Below are positions 30,113 through 45,664 of a DNA stretch of 64,000 nt, one piece after another (position 1 is the stretch's first letter; each line of letters begins with the position of its first letter). The DNA lies in the NCBI GenBank assembly GCA_951406725.2, contig OX597826.1, positions 44,268,001-44,332,000 of the forward strand. The letters are read 5' to 3'. The notes under the pieces are model-generated. The model was given only the letters and a program-made list of their open reading frames with translations, ran no database searches and was not told the DNA's origin. A program made the position numbers and the translations under genes. Origin of the DNA: Octopus vulgaris (lineage: Eukaryota).

Positions 30113-31984
30113 GGGAGAGAGAGATACAGAGACAGAGAGAAATATTAGTTTAATATATAGAAGTAACTACATTGATTTATAACATTATACAGTCTTAAGT
30201 CTTTACTAATATATGCTCTGTATCTGATTTTCACTAAAACAGTGTAGCAAAATGTCCATGATTCTCTTGTAGTTTGACTGCTCAAGACAAACTAGAAAAA
30301 CAAAAATCCACTAAAGCAAAAAACCAAGAAGAAAAAGATGTATCCAAATACAAATGGTTATTATGAGAGATTATTTCAGATGGACAAAAAACAGAAAACA
30401 AGAAAGTGAATATAAAAGAGAAAAATGAGTCAAGTAACTTATTTGCAATTTATAACTTTTTTTCATTCATTTCGTGTTTGCTGACTGTATGCATCCATCT
30501 TGATCAGTCGAATCATTCTAGTGAAACCCATATCTACATAAACTATTGATTATACTGGATCTTGCAATCGTAAAGACAAGAGAGAGAGAATGAAAGTAAA
30601 TGCGGATTTATGACTTTCTTATCGTTTCTGTTGTAATTATCGAATAGTTAGTGGTTCAAACCCATTCTGGGAGGAACAGACATTTATTTATTTCAAAAGA
30701 AGTCAATATTTGTTCATCAAATCCGGCAGAAAACTACTGCAACACAGTTTGGTTAAATACATTTTATTGACGTCAACAAATTGATTGTAGGGTTAGATTT
30801 TATAGGGGCACAACATATGTATCAAATCCTATTTCCCTTTCTTTACAAATATATGATGGCTAGTGTCTTGAAAGAAGTCATCGGTTCTCAAACTGACAAA
30901 ACCCCAAACACCAACCTTTCCTCAAATCACATTGGAAGTTTTGAACCCCAGGTTATGTTTTTATTTACGAAAAGACAACATCTATTTTGCATCTTTCTCC
31001 CATGGTATTTGGACAAGTTAAAAAATTTGCAAGCCATTTCTATAGCACCTTGTCAGCCCATTTCCAGAAGTGGCTAGTTCCACTTTCTCTTGTAAACCAC
31101 TGATGCAAAACGAAACAATACAGAGACATTATTAGACCACTTAAATCTGAAACATATCAAAGCTAATTTTTTTTTATCAATCTCATGTATAAAATAATGG
31201 ATTTTGTGACTAATCCTTTTTACAGAGTGCTATTTCTCCAAGTAGAATATGAAAATATCAATGTCCGATTTACCAGACTGAAAAAATAAATACTGCAGTC
31301 ATTTTATTCGACTGAATTCATGAATGTGATACGCCAGCATGACCACTATCCGATGACTGAAGCAAGGACAAGAAAAGATGAAATACTGACGCAATATTAA
31401 TGCGCAAAATATATTCTAAACCTCAGTTATTGTTCCACACAAATACACTAAAACAAATATCTTGTAACATAAAATTGATATTCAAATAGATATTTTCCAC
31501 ATACGTGGCAACTTTTTGCTCTGTTAGTTTTAGTTAGAATATCTGATATAAGGTTTATTAGTATAGGATTCATAGCATAGCACTAATGTGTTCACACTAG
31601 ACAGATGGTGCGTAATTAGTGAAGGTTTATTTGTCATGGCTTCACTATCAAACTGTAATCTGTTTACACAAGACAGATGGAACCTAATTGCACATGATTT
31701 ATATCATAATTTGATAATCAAATGTATTAAAGTTAGCTTTCTCCGCAAAGATATGATACGTTAAAGTTCTATCGTGTCTACCTATAATCATCCGATAAAA
31801 TTAAGTTAGTTTACCAAAGTTTCGTTAGGAATTTTACTGAAGGCAAATAAGAAGTGTCGAAATTTTCGAGATATTTCCAATATATTCGTAAATCAGAATG
31901 CGCTTCAGTTATGCAGATACCCAGCATGGTACAGGGAGATTTGGAAAGAAATTATTCAACAAAGGAGTGATGATTATTGGTGAA

Positions 31985-32142
31985 GATGGTTGTGTGGTAA
32001 GAGATTCGCTTCTCAGAGACATGGTTCCGGGTTCGGTCCCACTGCGTGAAACCTCGGCATCTCCGGGCCCACGAAAGCCTTTGTGAGTGGATTTGGTGAA
32101 CGGAAGCTGAAAGAAGTCACTGTGTGTACATACATGTGTGTT

Positions 32143-32183
<41 letters not shown>

Positions 32184-32424
32184 CTATGTGTCTGTGTGTT
32201 TGCTTGTGTGTGTGTGTCTGAGTGTATGTTTTTATGGATTTCTCTATGACTACTGCTTGTTGTTAGTTTACGTCTACGTAACTTAGCAGTAATGCAACAG
32301 CGACCGATAGAATAAATAAAATACCAGGCTTTAAAAAATAAGTACTGGGGCGATATGCGCGCCTAAACTCTTTAAGGCGGTACCCCAACATGGTCGCAGT
32401 CTAATGAGCGAATCAAATCAAAAT
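31985..32424 (+). mobile_element. Decayed SINE (family B)
   Basis: atggttccgggttcggtcccactgcgt head, TA/TG interior, aaggcggtaccccaacatggtcgcagtc tail. Confidence 0.75.
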
Positions 32425-33027
32425 ATTATCTTTCGCATCAGAATCAAGCTAACGCAAAATTTAAAATGAATGTACGGTTGTTTAGGTTGCAAATTACAGG
32501 CATTTTACTTCAGATAACACGTTTGAAACCCAGATAAAAAGGCTGATCCTCTGCAGAGAGTGCATTATTTAAGCTACTCGCATATAAGTATGGCATCGTA
32601 GCTTATACTTTGTCCTCACAAATTGTTTTGCGTGAATATGTAGTCGCAACAGTCGTGGACACCGTCTTGGGTGTTTCACACTTGACCTACTGGCACTTTG
32701 GAGATGTAATAACTAGAAGGAAGGAAAGACGTACTAGCACTAGACTAGTGTTAAATTCTAGTTGAACTGATAAGAGTAGCTTGAAATACTGTATCTTACC
32801 CAAGGTGACAACTGGTTCATCGCTCCATGGATCAAATTGCACTAGCGTTCAATTTACATCAAGCCAGTGTTTTTTTCTTCTAATATACTGAAATTATAAA
32901 GTCGTAAGCGAGTTCGTCTTAGGGAAGCACTTCGTTATATAGAATAATGTACAAGTGAATCCTCATCGAGAAAGTATTTGACATACACTTGTATACAAGC
33001 GATTCCTCTTCGAAAATGTTGCTAATA

Positions 33028-33405
33028 TGTTTCTTTATTAACCACACGGGGCTGCACACAGACGGGACAGATTACAAAGTAGAGTTTTTCTTTTTTGGGG
33101 AAAGAAAAAAAAAAGGTGGGGTAGGTTTTCGATCAAAGGGGATCGCAAAAGGGAAAGAAGAAAAAAAGGAAAAGAAACAAAAAAAAAAACGATCAATAGT
33201 GATCGTGTATCACAGTGTCATGATGTAAAGTGTAAAGGGGGAAGCAGATGAGGTTTACCCGTGGGAAGAAAAGCCTACGAAAAAGACCACGGTAACCTCG
33301 GTCAATATTGTTATATGTTACCACATTTGTTTGCAAGTAGGTAACCCTCTGTTATAAATTTTCCGGTTCATAGGATTATGCTCAAGGTGGCTGACGTACC
33401 ACAAT
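33028..33405 (-). mobile_element. 3' end (ORF2 stop plus 3'UTR) of a second Tx1-like subfamily
   Basis: Minus strand reads ...ATLSIIL* then gaggttaccgtggtc / cgggtaaacctcatc, resembling gaggtctctatggtc / cggtggaacaccatc in the 24-kb Tx1 3'UTR. Ends ...gcagccccgtgtggttaataaagaaac. Confidence 0.6.
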
Positions 33406-36400
33406 GTGAAAGAAGTAATCTTGCTACGCACAAAGTCCTTAACTTAAATTATATTCCTGGTTCAAGTCGAATATTTCACTTACATTGTTAATGTGATCGG
33501 ATAAGGCATGATTATTGAATCCTTTCATCACTATACTTCTATACAGATGTTTGCCTATTTTCCTCATATCAGTTTGTGGTTACCCTTCTCTATAAATTTG
33601 TAGTTTATGTCCCTAAGTAAGAAATCGATAATTGTAAACTAATTAAATTTTATATTTAGTTGAATTAAATTTCGAGATTTATCAATATTCTTTATTAGAA
33701 GAAACAAAACAAAACAAAACAAAACCAAAAGCATTAACATTAAAATAAAAACCCATAAAATACTAGTATTTAGTTTAGAAAATTTCTTATTTAAAAAAAT
33801 AAAAGCGCTTTAATTTTAGCGTCTAAAGCAGACGATATATAAATAATGGAACAAAATGTAATCACAAAATACGCAGACAAGTATATAGCACATTTATACA
33901 TTAATATACGGATCAATACGTAATTAGAATTTTTCTGTTTTATGTCATTACAAAAATAAGAAAGGAAACAAAATAATTCAGGAAAACATCCACATTTTCA
34001 TAAAAAAAAAATCTTGAAAATATCTGAATTACAAAAAAAAAAAAAAAAAGAAGCAGAAAAAGGTGGAAAGTAAAATTAAATACTTGAATCAACTAAACAT
34101 CTACTACCATTTTTCAGCTCTAATTTGTGTTAGAAAAGTCGATTTCTACACAGTTTTATTATCTCTTTAGTTGTCAGTGTAAATATGAGACTATGAACGT
34201 TTTATCGTCTTTACCTCTTTTTTTTTTCCGAGTCTCTCAAGTTTCTAATAAGTTTTCAGATCACGGAAGGTTGAGAGTTGTAATTGTAATTGACAGTAAA
34301 TTAAAAAAAAACCCCAGAAAGAATGAAAAGAAACAGAGCTGCAACTTGGTGAAACAACAGATTATCGTATGGCCCCCCCAGCTAATGGTAGTGAATAAGA
34401 GTAAGAGGTTTAATCCATTGCTTGGTTTAACGCCACCACTTGGCACTCGAGTGGCTTTAGGTGGCTACAAGTATGTGGATATGATTTTCAACTGCATTCT
34501 CTAGTGGAGGATCTGGTTCAGGGTTTCTAATATTTTGAAGAAAATGGAATCATTTCTTAGCCACTACTGTTGTAGATCTACTTTGACCCGGACTAGTAGA
34601 ACCTGCAAAGGTCGCAACTGATGTTTATTAGCATATCAGGTAATTGGATCCGGAATAAAGTCGCTCACAGATACGCCAACGAACCCAAAGCAGATGAGAC
34701 AGTTTAGCTCTTTTGTCGGTTGTCTAAGAGAAGGTAACTCCATACAAATCTTGTATCCTGGTAACTATTGGGCTCCTTCTGCTTGCTGCACTAGACCAAT
34801 ACAAATTTGAAGGACGAGAAAGTGGAACTGGATCTTCTCAGTATAACAACACATTCCTTCTACCCTATAGGGTAATTTACCAAAACTTTTTAAAAAGGCC
34901 ATGGGAGTAAACCCTTACAAAAATCCGCAGGTCGAGGCACTGTTATACTAAACCATTATCCAGTATCCTCTGCAGCTCCATGGATGCTACAAATGTATTG
35001 ACTTGTTCCATCGTGAGTGGAAAGGTGGTAATTGTATTTTTGGAAGCAGCCAAACACAGTAGAGATAGCTAATTTACTTTCTCTGCAATACCACTGACAG
35101 ACGACGAAAAAGGCGAACCAACTTCACTCTTGCAAGATTCAAACCAGTTCTTCGTTCACATTATTCCATACCCACTGAAAAGGTATACAGGCGCTTTTCC
35201 TTTGATTGATCCCATTGCAAAGAAGTAAAAGCAATTTTATAATTTATATTGTTTACAGACAACTTATGCGTGTAATTGAAGTATACAGTGTTTTAACTTA
35301 TGAGACGTATATACTGTGTAATTTTCAGTGGGTATCAAAAGCATTGTCAATGTTCGCGGAGAGAGTTTACTTCTTCTATAGATGTGTATTTACAAGATTT
35401 CGTTCAAGAGAATCTGCATTATATTTTTAATATAAAAATATTGTTTTCTCAAAAAAACTGGCATGAAGTACACATAATTTTGTCACCTATGTTTACGCTT
35501 AGTTTTCAGAAATCGCCTTCTTGGTGTGAAACTAGTGCAACAACGTCAGTGAATATCTAAAAAGAAGTCATTATTTTGTTACGGCTTTTGAATTTGATCG
35601 GTATTTAAGACTACAAAGCAGCCCCTGTTTGCAATAACAGCAATCACTAATGAGCGGAGGTGAGGTCGGTTGTTTGGCCAAATAAACGTAGAAGGCAAGG
35701 CATTGATATTGTATTGATGACAACGACCATTCAATTAACATAGTCATTGTAATTACCTAACATCATTGATTAATTCCCATTTCGCAACTAATCTAACGCA
35801 GCTAAGGTTCTTTTATCCTAGACAGACTATTTGCAATTATGAGAATTTCGGTTAGCAGAAACAGACGATATTGGTATATGTTCCTTGACAAATATATTTT
35901 GGAAAGTAATGAGTTAGAGCGACGGACACAGAATTGGCTTCATTAATTCAGGGGTCTAAAAGTCAAAGGCAACACTAGCAACGCAGTTACATCTAAATTA
36001 AACATGTTGGTATGTAAGTACGTACGTACAAGTGTAAGTAAGTAAGTAAGTATGTATGTATGTAGACAGTTAGAAAGTGATTCAATCGCCGAGAACTTGG
36101 TTTCAGTAAATATGAACGTTGTTGATTAAAAAGAAAATTTAAAATGTGTACGTTTATATATATATATATCATCATCATCATTGTTCGACCGTGGTCGAGA
36201 CTTTCATAGTCTTTTCAAATGGCTAATAATGTGTGCGCGCGCCACTACTACACACATTGGAAAGCATTGTACAGCCAAGTACTAAAGAAGATCTTTCCTC
36301 CTCCATGAAACAAAGCTGTTCCCGCTGGACGTCAACCCAGTATTTCTAAGCTACGGACCGAGTGATTTATTGTAAGGTTATCTCCTTAGATAGATTGCCT

Positions 36401-36773
36401 CCACTACGGCCAAGGAGCCCTTTCTACCCCATATATATATAAACCAGCTTAGAGAAGAAGAAGAAACGAAACGAAACAAAATATATCTACTCTCATATAT
36501 TCAGTTCATTCAGTTATTTTTCCTGCCTTCCATTCACCCACCCTCTCTAATATATATATATGTATATACACATAGCATAATTAAATCTCAGAATGAGATT
36601 GAAACAGTAATCGCTCGATAATGTAAAGTATAGAAGCCATCTTATCATGGGTAACCACATAGGGGAGGGGGTGTTACTGTAGCTTTAAAGCCCCAAGAGA
36701 TCGTCGTCTCTAGCTGGCTTTAGACACCATATCAGTGCCTTTGAATTTTTTGCAAAGAGAGGCCATCCCTTCC

Positions 36774-36851
36774 TCGCAAGCCTGAGTGATACGCTCGGAC
36801 TAGTTTCGGGGTTTTGTCCCTTGTCAACGGGCGGTAATCACCAGGTTGCGA
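36774..36851 (-). ncRNA. Minimal type I hammerhead ribozyme (U3-A8 core variant)
   Basis: Minus strand: CGCCCG-UUGACAA-GGG acaaaac CCC-GAAA-C UA G-UC-CGAGCG. Palindromic ACUAGU stem III region, GUC cleavage triplet (C at 36798) and extended stem I. Confidence 0.7.
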
Positions 36852-36947
36852 TGAAAGTGAAGGCCTCCTTGCAAAATATATAAGAGTTTTTCTTATATAA
36901 CTGCTGCATTGGTTGAGTATATAAATAGTTTGGTTGCTATCTTCTCT

Positions 36948-37036
36948 GGAGACTGAGAATAATGTAGATGTCTCTGATGAGAACCCAGTAAGGTTCGAAA
37001 ATCAATAGAGGTTGTACGTAATTTCTACTTCAGTCT
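36948..37036 (+). ncRNA. Hammerhead-ribozyme-like motif (stem III/cleavage site degenerate)
   Basis: CUGAUGA (36974-36980)-GAACC cagUaa GGUUC-GAAA. The flanks pair (agactga/tcagtct, gtaga/tctac, tct/aga). Confidence 0.55.
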
Positions 37037-37093
37037 GCGGAAAAATGGCTAAAATTTCCCCTGTTTATATTTATACCATATGTTACATATATA

Positions 37094-37470
37094 CTCTTTT
37101 ACTTGTTTCAGTCATTTGACTGCGACCACCTTTAGTCGAGCAAATCTACCCAAGGAGTTATTCATTGGAAGCCTAGTACTTATTCTATCGGTCTCTTTTA
37201 CCGATCCGCTAAGTGACGAGGACGTAAACATACCAGTATCAGTTGTCAAGCGATGACACATACACACACACATATACGCACACATACACATATACATACA
37301 TATATACGACGGGCTTCTTTCAGTTTCCGCCTACCAAATCCACTCACAAGGCTTTGGTCGGCCCGAGGCTAGAGTAGAAGACACTTACCCAAGGTGCCAC
37401 ATAGTGGGACTGATCCCGGAACCATGTGGTTGGTGAGCAAGCTACTTACAACACAGCCACTCCTGTGCCT
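37094..37470 (-). mobile_element. SINE (family B)
   Basis: Colinear with other family-B copies. Confidence 0.85.
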
Positions 37471-37562
37471 ATACATATACATACATACATACATATATAT
37501 ATATATATTATACACACTCACACACATACACACGCACACACACACACAAACACACGTACACA

Positions 37563-37619
<57 letters not shown>

Positions 37620-37626
37620 GTATATA

Positions 37627-38051
37627 CGAGGATAATTCAAAAATTATCCGCACCTCTGCCATAACATATCTCTATCACTGCCACACTGAATTCGGCGCAT
37701 AGACGCTTATAGTTGGTAATATAATGATCAGTGACCAAAGTTCTAGTAGCAACGTGCACCAAAGAAGAAGAAAAAGCAGTGATCCGATTTCTCTGGAAAA
37801 GGGGATTACGATCAACATCAACAGTACAAGACACACTGCTTTGCTGGCCAAGAAACTGAAGCCAGCAATTCACACCAAACGCCGAAGCCCCTTGTCGAAG
37901 AAAGGTTTGTTGTTGCACGGCCACACACAGCCGCCAAGACCGATAAAACCATTAACTATTTGGATCTTGAAGTGTCAGAACACCGTTCCTATAGCCCAGA
38001 TTTTGCCCCATTGAAAAAGCAGGACAGCGTATATTTTTTGACTCTCCCTCG
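37627..38051 (+). mobile_element. Internally deleted mariner DNA transposon
   Basis: TA|CGAGGATAATTCAAAAATTATCCGC ... GCGTATATTTTTTGACTCTCCCTCG|TA imperfect TIRs. Remnant transposase LKPAIHTKRR...LLLH and [11 protein letters not shown] (mariner YSPDLAP motif). Confidence 0.85.
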
Positions 38052-38076
38052 TATATATATATACGTAGGAGAGTCA

Positions 38077-38121
<45 letters not shown>

Positions 38122-38242
38122 TATATGTATATGTATATATTATACATATACACATACCTCTACATGTATGTACGTATGTAAACTTTACATATGTCTATAT
38201 ATTTTTAAAACAGGGAGTAAATAATGATGTATTATATAGAAG

Positions 38243-38316
<74 letters not shown>

Positions 38317-38981
38317 CATGTACATATATATATATATATATGATATGTATGATATATATGCACACACATATGGAATTGTATATATGCATTTTGTGTATGT
38401 ATGAATATCTGTGTATGAATATCTGTGTGTGTGTGTGTGTATGCGCGTGTGTGAGTAAAAAAATCTCAGTTGCAACGTGATTGAAGGTAAGCATCTGAGA
38501 CAAGCACATTTATACATCTTATTTAGAGTTTAGTGTTTTCTCTTTATTTTTTTTTTTGCTTTCTTTTTCAGGCAGGTAATCCTTTCTTTGCATGTAACGA
38601 CATTCACTGACATATCCACAAAATTTTAAACTTTCCAACTCCAGTTAGATATAAACCTGCTACTTAGAAATCTTAAATAAAGCAAAAAAAAAAAAAAAAT
38701 ATATATATATATAATAAATAAATAAATAAAAAATCCTCCAGATCTATCTGTAATATCGCAGTAAAATTGTAAACGCATTTCTTAGAATGGGATACTTTGA
38801 ATAATAAATGAAGTAAAATAGGAATATCTGTTTAGAGAATAAAAAAAAATAAAAGGAACAATTCTGAGATAATATACAATGGAATGAATTCAACAAGAGG
38901 GCGAAAAAAATTATGTATTACGAGAGAAAGATAAGTGACAAACTGTCGTGTATTGAAACACTTGCATTTTAAATACTGCTA

Positions 38982-38989
38982 ATGATGAC

Positions 38990-39033
<44 letters not shown>

Positions 39034-39055
39034 CGACGACGATGTTGATGATGAC

Positions 39056-39086
<31 letters not shown>

Positions 39087-39160
39087 GTGACAACGATGAT
39101 GATGATGATGATGATGATGGATAATGGTGGTGGTGGTGGTGGTGGTGATGATGATGATGT

Positions 39161-39201
<41 letters not shown>

Positions 39202-39381
39202 CTCTCGATCACGACGATGCTGCTGCTGCTCATGATGATGACGATGACGATCACGATGTTGATGATGATGATGATGATGAGGAGGAGGAGGATGACGAGA
39301 AGGAGGATGATAACGATGATGATAATAATGATGATGATGATGACAATGTTGATGATGATGATGATGACAATGACGGTGGTG

Positions 39382-39423
<42 letters not shown>

Positions 39424-39480
39424 CTCCTGCTGATGATGATGACGTACATAAGCTTGTTGATGCTGATGCTGATGATACTG
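38982..39480. repeat. Degenerate (GAT)n microsatellite
   Basis: Direct reading; it generates the poly-D/M/H ORFs. Confidence 0.9.
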
Positions 39481-39669
39481 ATAGCTGTAAACATGAAGTA
39501 GCCATCATGTTCAGAGCCTCTGCATAAGCGAACATAAAAACTGTAATGTATATGGTATCTCTGGGTTTTTTTTCATTATTCATATGTCATGTCATTTTCT
39601 CTTCCTCTGGCTTCAGTCTAGGACAATAGTCTCCTTTTTCTCGAGTGTGTAAGAATATTATTATTATTA

Positions 39670-42044
<2,375 letters not shown>

Positions 42045-42060
42045 ATTATTATTATTATTA

Positions 42061-42121
<61 letters not shown>

Positions 42122-42126
42122 GAAAA

Positions 42127-42430
42127 CGGTGAGCTGGCAGAAACGTTAGCACGCCGGGCGAAATGCGTAGCCGTATTTCGTCTGCCGTTACGTTCTGAGT
42201 TCAAATTCCGCCCAGGTCGACTTTGCCTTTTATCCTTTCGGGGGTCGATAAATTAAGTACCAGTTACGCACTGGGTTCGATGTAATCGACTTAATCCCTT
42301 TGTCTGTCCTTGTTTGTTCCCTCTATGTTTAGCCCCTTGTGGGCAATAAAGAATTAAGAAGCGTTAGTACGCCGGTAAAATTGCTTTACGGCATTTCATC
42401 CGTCCTTATGTTCCGAGTTCAAATTCCGCT
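42127..42430 (+). mobile_element. SINE (family A) followed by a partial second unit
   Basis: Near-consensus head, core and tail type 1, then re-entry at agaagcgttagtacgccgg. Confidence 0.85.
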
Positions 42431-43479
42431 GTTAATGTTTGCCGGCACGAAAAAATCGACCTTTTTTTTTTTTTTTCTTTTTTGAAATTACTTTCAGCAA
42501 ACTGCTATGTTTTTGATGACGGAGATTCTGAATATGCCAAGATCCATGTTTTCAAAATGTTCTATTCCCTACTACCCACCCCAAATTTTAAAATTTTAAC
42601 TGTTTTTCGATTTTTTTCAAGCTACCTGGAAAAATATAGACATTAACAATATGGGGGAAAAGAAAATAATTAATTTCAAATTTTCTATGAGGAAACTCCC
42701 AAACTGATTCATACACCCATCGCCACCCCATCCCGCTGTCTAACAGGGGAAATGAATAGCTTGTGTGTTTGTGTGTGCGCGTGCGAATGAGCAGGGAAAA
42801 TACACCGAAATATGTTTTACATACCTGTCGTATACGTCGGTTTTGCTTTTTCGCTTTAAAGGTAAGCGGTCCCGTTAGAAGCAAACACGATATTCAATAA
42901 TATTTCTGTTCTTCATTCACAAAGAATGAAAACTTCATTGGACTTCGTCTATGTGTATCCTCTCAAAAAAGTGTTTGTGTATTCGGAATCTACATGATAT
43001 AACACATATTCGTAGACAATTTCATTAAAAAATATCCATTTTTCTGAAAGTCATGATCATCCAAAATCGGTGGGGCAGAAATCTGTAGTCATGCCTGGAT
43101 TTTAAGTGCATGGTGCCCATAAAATTGACCACAATCGCTCCAGAGAAGGGAAGATAAGTAAAACAGATACTCTAGATCATTTACAAGGGCACCATTTAAA
43201 GAAATCTGAAAAATCTCCGTCAAAACGGAGAAATTCCAACTTGTTGGTGCATCCTAACTCCGAAGTCAACCTATATATGTAGGTACGTATCTATGTGTGT
43301 GTCTTTGTGTCTGACACCCTGTCACCGCTTATAACTGCAGTTGCTGTACATTATTTACAATGGAGAGATAGGTGTCCCCATTGTGTTTGTTGTTGTCACA
43401 GCGTTTCAGCTGATGTACTCTCCAGCCATCATCATGTGTTCTGGTGGAATTTCGAACCCAAAACATTATTTGACTAATG

Positions 43480-43800
43480 TTGTGGTGTTTACATCTCCAT
43501 AACTTAGCGATTCGGCATGAAAAACAATAGAATAAGTACTAGGCTTCAAAAATAAGGGGTCGTTTTGTTCGATTAAATCACTTCAAGGCGGTGCTCTAGC
43601 ATGGCCGCAGTCAATTGACTGAAACAAGTAAAGGAGTAACTCCACAATGTCGCCTTTCTTCTACTTGATGAACATCCATCACCCTTCTATAGTCTGAATA
43701 TGGGATTTGTTATTTAGATAGTATGAGTACTAGGCCTACAATGAATAAGTCCTGGGGTCGATTTGCTCGACTAAAGGCGGTGCTCCAGCATGGCCACAAT
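43480..43800 (+). mobile_element. Two 3' fragments of SINE family B
   Basis: aataagtactaggctt...aaggcggtgctctagcatggccgcagtc, and a second fragment at ~43725-43800. Confidence 0.7.
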
Positions 43801-45664
43801 TGCACAAGTTACATCAACTGAATTTACCTTGCAACGTTTTGATCGACCTGAAACTATGATAGTCAGCCATATCCTGACTTAGGTTGGAACGTGGCACTAG
43901 CTCGTCGCAATATGTTTTTTTTCACAACACAGCATTATGATACGTTAAACTATACAACGAACGTAAATTTCTGACAGCGATATCTCAGTTCCTTAAGATT
44001 ATCTACCAGTAATATATTCCAGCCCATCCAGCAACTATGATCGTCATAAAGTATGTAACTACTTCACAACCAAACGCAGTCTATGTAAATAAGTCTTTAA
44101 AATAAAATCCGTTTTGATCATTAAGTTCCTCTCATCATGATATACATTATAGATTATTTTTTCTACAATATACTGAAATTTGTGAATGGAGAAACAGATG
44201 TATTTAGGTTGTTTTTTTTTTTGTTGCTATTATGATGTATAATATATTACCGAACTTTTGTTTATTGTACAATACATATATGTGTTATCAGAACCTAACT
44301 AACTCAGATGTTCTATGCGGTTTGGTGCTCGGTTATTCTGTTTTATAATGTTACCGATTTTAGTTTTGCATTCTATCGCTGTAGAATCGATAAGTTAGAG
44401 CAATAGTAATATAATAATGTACTGGAGACTGTTCGATCAGTAATGCTCCCAACCGTATAAAATTGGCTTTGCAACTCTTGAAAATCGTCTTTGTATATTT
44501 CTGTCGCAATGCTGGTGTAATTTCGCAAGTGATCGACCCGGTTCATTGTAGGAAACGGTTCTTTTCGCGAACATTGATAACGTGCTTGTGGAAACTTTGA
44601 AAGTTTGGAATTAGCAAAAGTAAATAAATAAATGAATAATATATAAAAGTATACCTTATAATCAATCAGCTTAATCAATGAACAAACAATATCCTCCAAT
44701 GCTAATCCAGTTATATATAATAGCACATAAATCACAAAGTCAAAAAACCGAGAAAGAGAAATATGGCGGAAAGCTACCTATGTGACACAAACCATGCATC
44801 AAGTGTAATCCAGAGAAGTGTGATACCTTTCGGTTTTTCAACTTGAAGGTTATTTTTTTAATCCAGTACATAATATCTCTATGTTCGTTTATCATGGAAG
44901 TTTGCCTCCAAAAATCGCAGTGCTTAAATGGATCAATGATAAACGAATCATTTCCACCCTTGGTCCAGAGTTGCGGAGCTTCTACTGTCTCGTATTTTCT
45001 CGATCATATTTACTTATTCCTGTGGTGAATGCACTGTTTATTAGAATCGTGCTCCCTTAAATTTATTTCTGTTCCCTGGTACCGAATTCATTAGTACGAG
45101 TATTTAAATTCGTAATAACAATACCCAGGCTTGCAGCCCAATCATTTAAACCTAGCCGACAGTCAGTGCATTATGGCTGACAGCGAGACGTGATTTTGTG
45201 GTACAAACAATATCTTCGACTGATCCCCAACCTGTCTAATCACTGATCAAATCGTGATAAGCTTAACATGGTCCACAAACGAGAATACCGTATTATCCCG
45301 GATCAGTGATGAATGCGGTTAAATGTATATATACTTTTTATATAACCATTTTATGAACTATTATTTGGGTGACGTTTTGGCATCGTTTATCGAAGATTTA
45401 TCAACATATGTCTCGATGCTTCTACATTTAGTTCTAAATGTAAATGAGAGCAATCAAAATGGTTTTGTACAAATTTATACATGAATAAATTGGAGTTTTG
45501 AAATATCCATATTTTTCATCGACTACTTGTTTCCGTTATTGGACGGAGGCCAATTGCTACCGTTTTTGAAGGTTTATTCGAAAACATCGATCCCATCACT
45601 TATTGTTCTGTATGTTTGCTACTAATTCCATCGAATAATAGCATACATACATTTACACACACAT

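Noticed and set aside
34360-35000. Possible RTE 5'UTR with HDV-like ribozyme (also 8040-8250 and 36168-36430)
   Set aside because: Resemblance from memory only; I could not build the nested double pseudoknot.
38979-39583. Poly-Asp/His 181-aa ORF resembling an acidic biomineralisation protein
   Set aside because: Degenerate (GAT)n tract open in several frames on both strands, with no signal peptide or splice support.
42430-43260. DNA-transposon-like segment sharing ggtaagcggtcc with ~9366-9378 (reverse strand)
   Set aside because: Probably a repeat family, but I could not define TIRs or a TSD.
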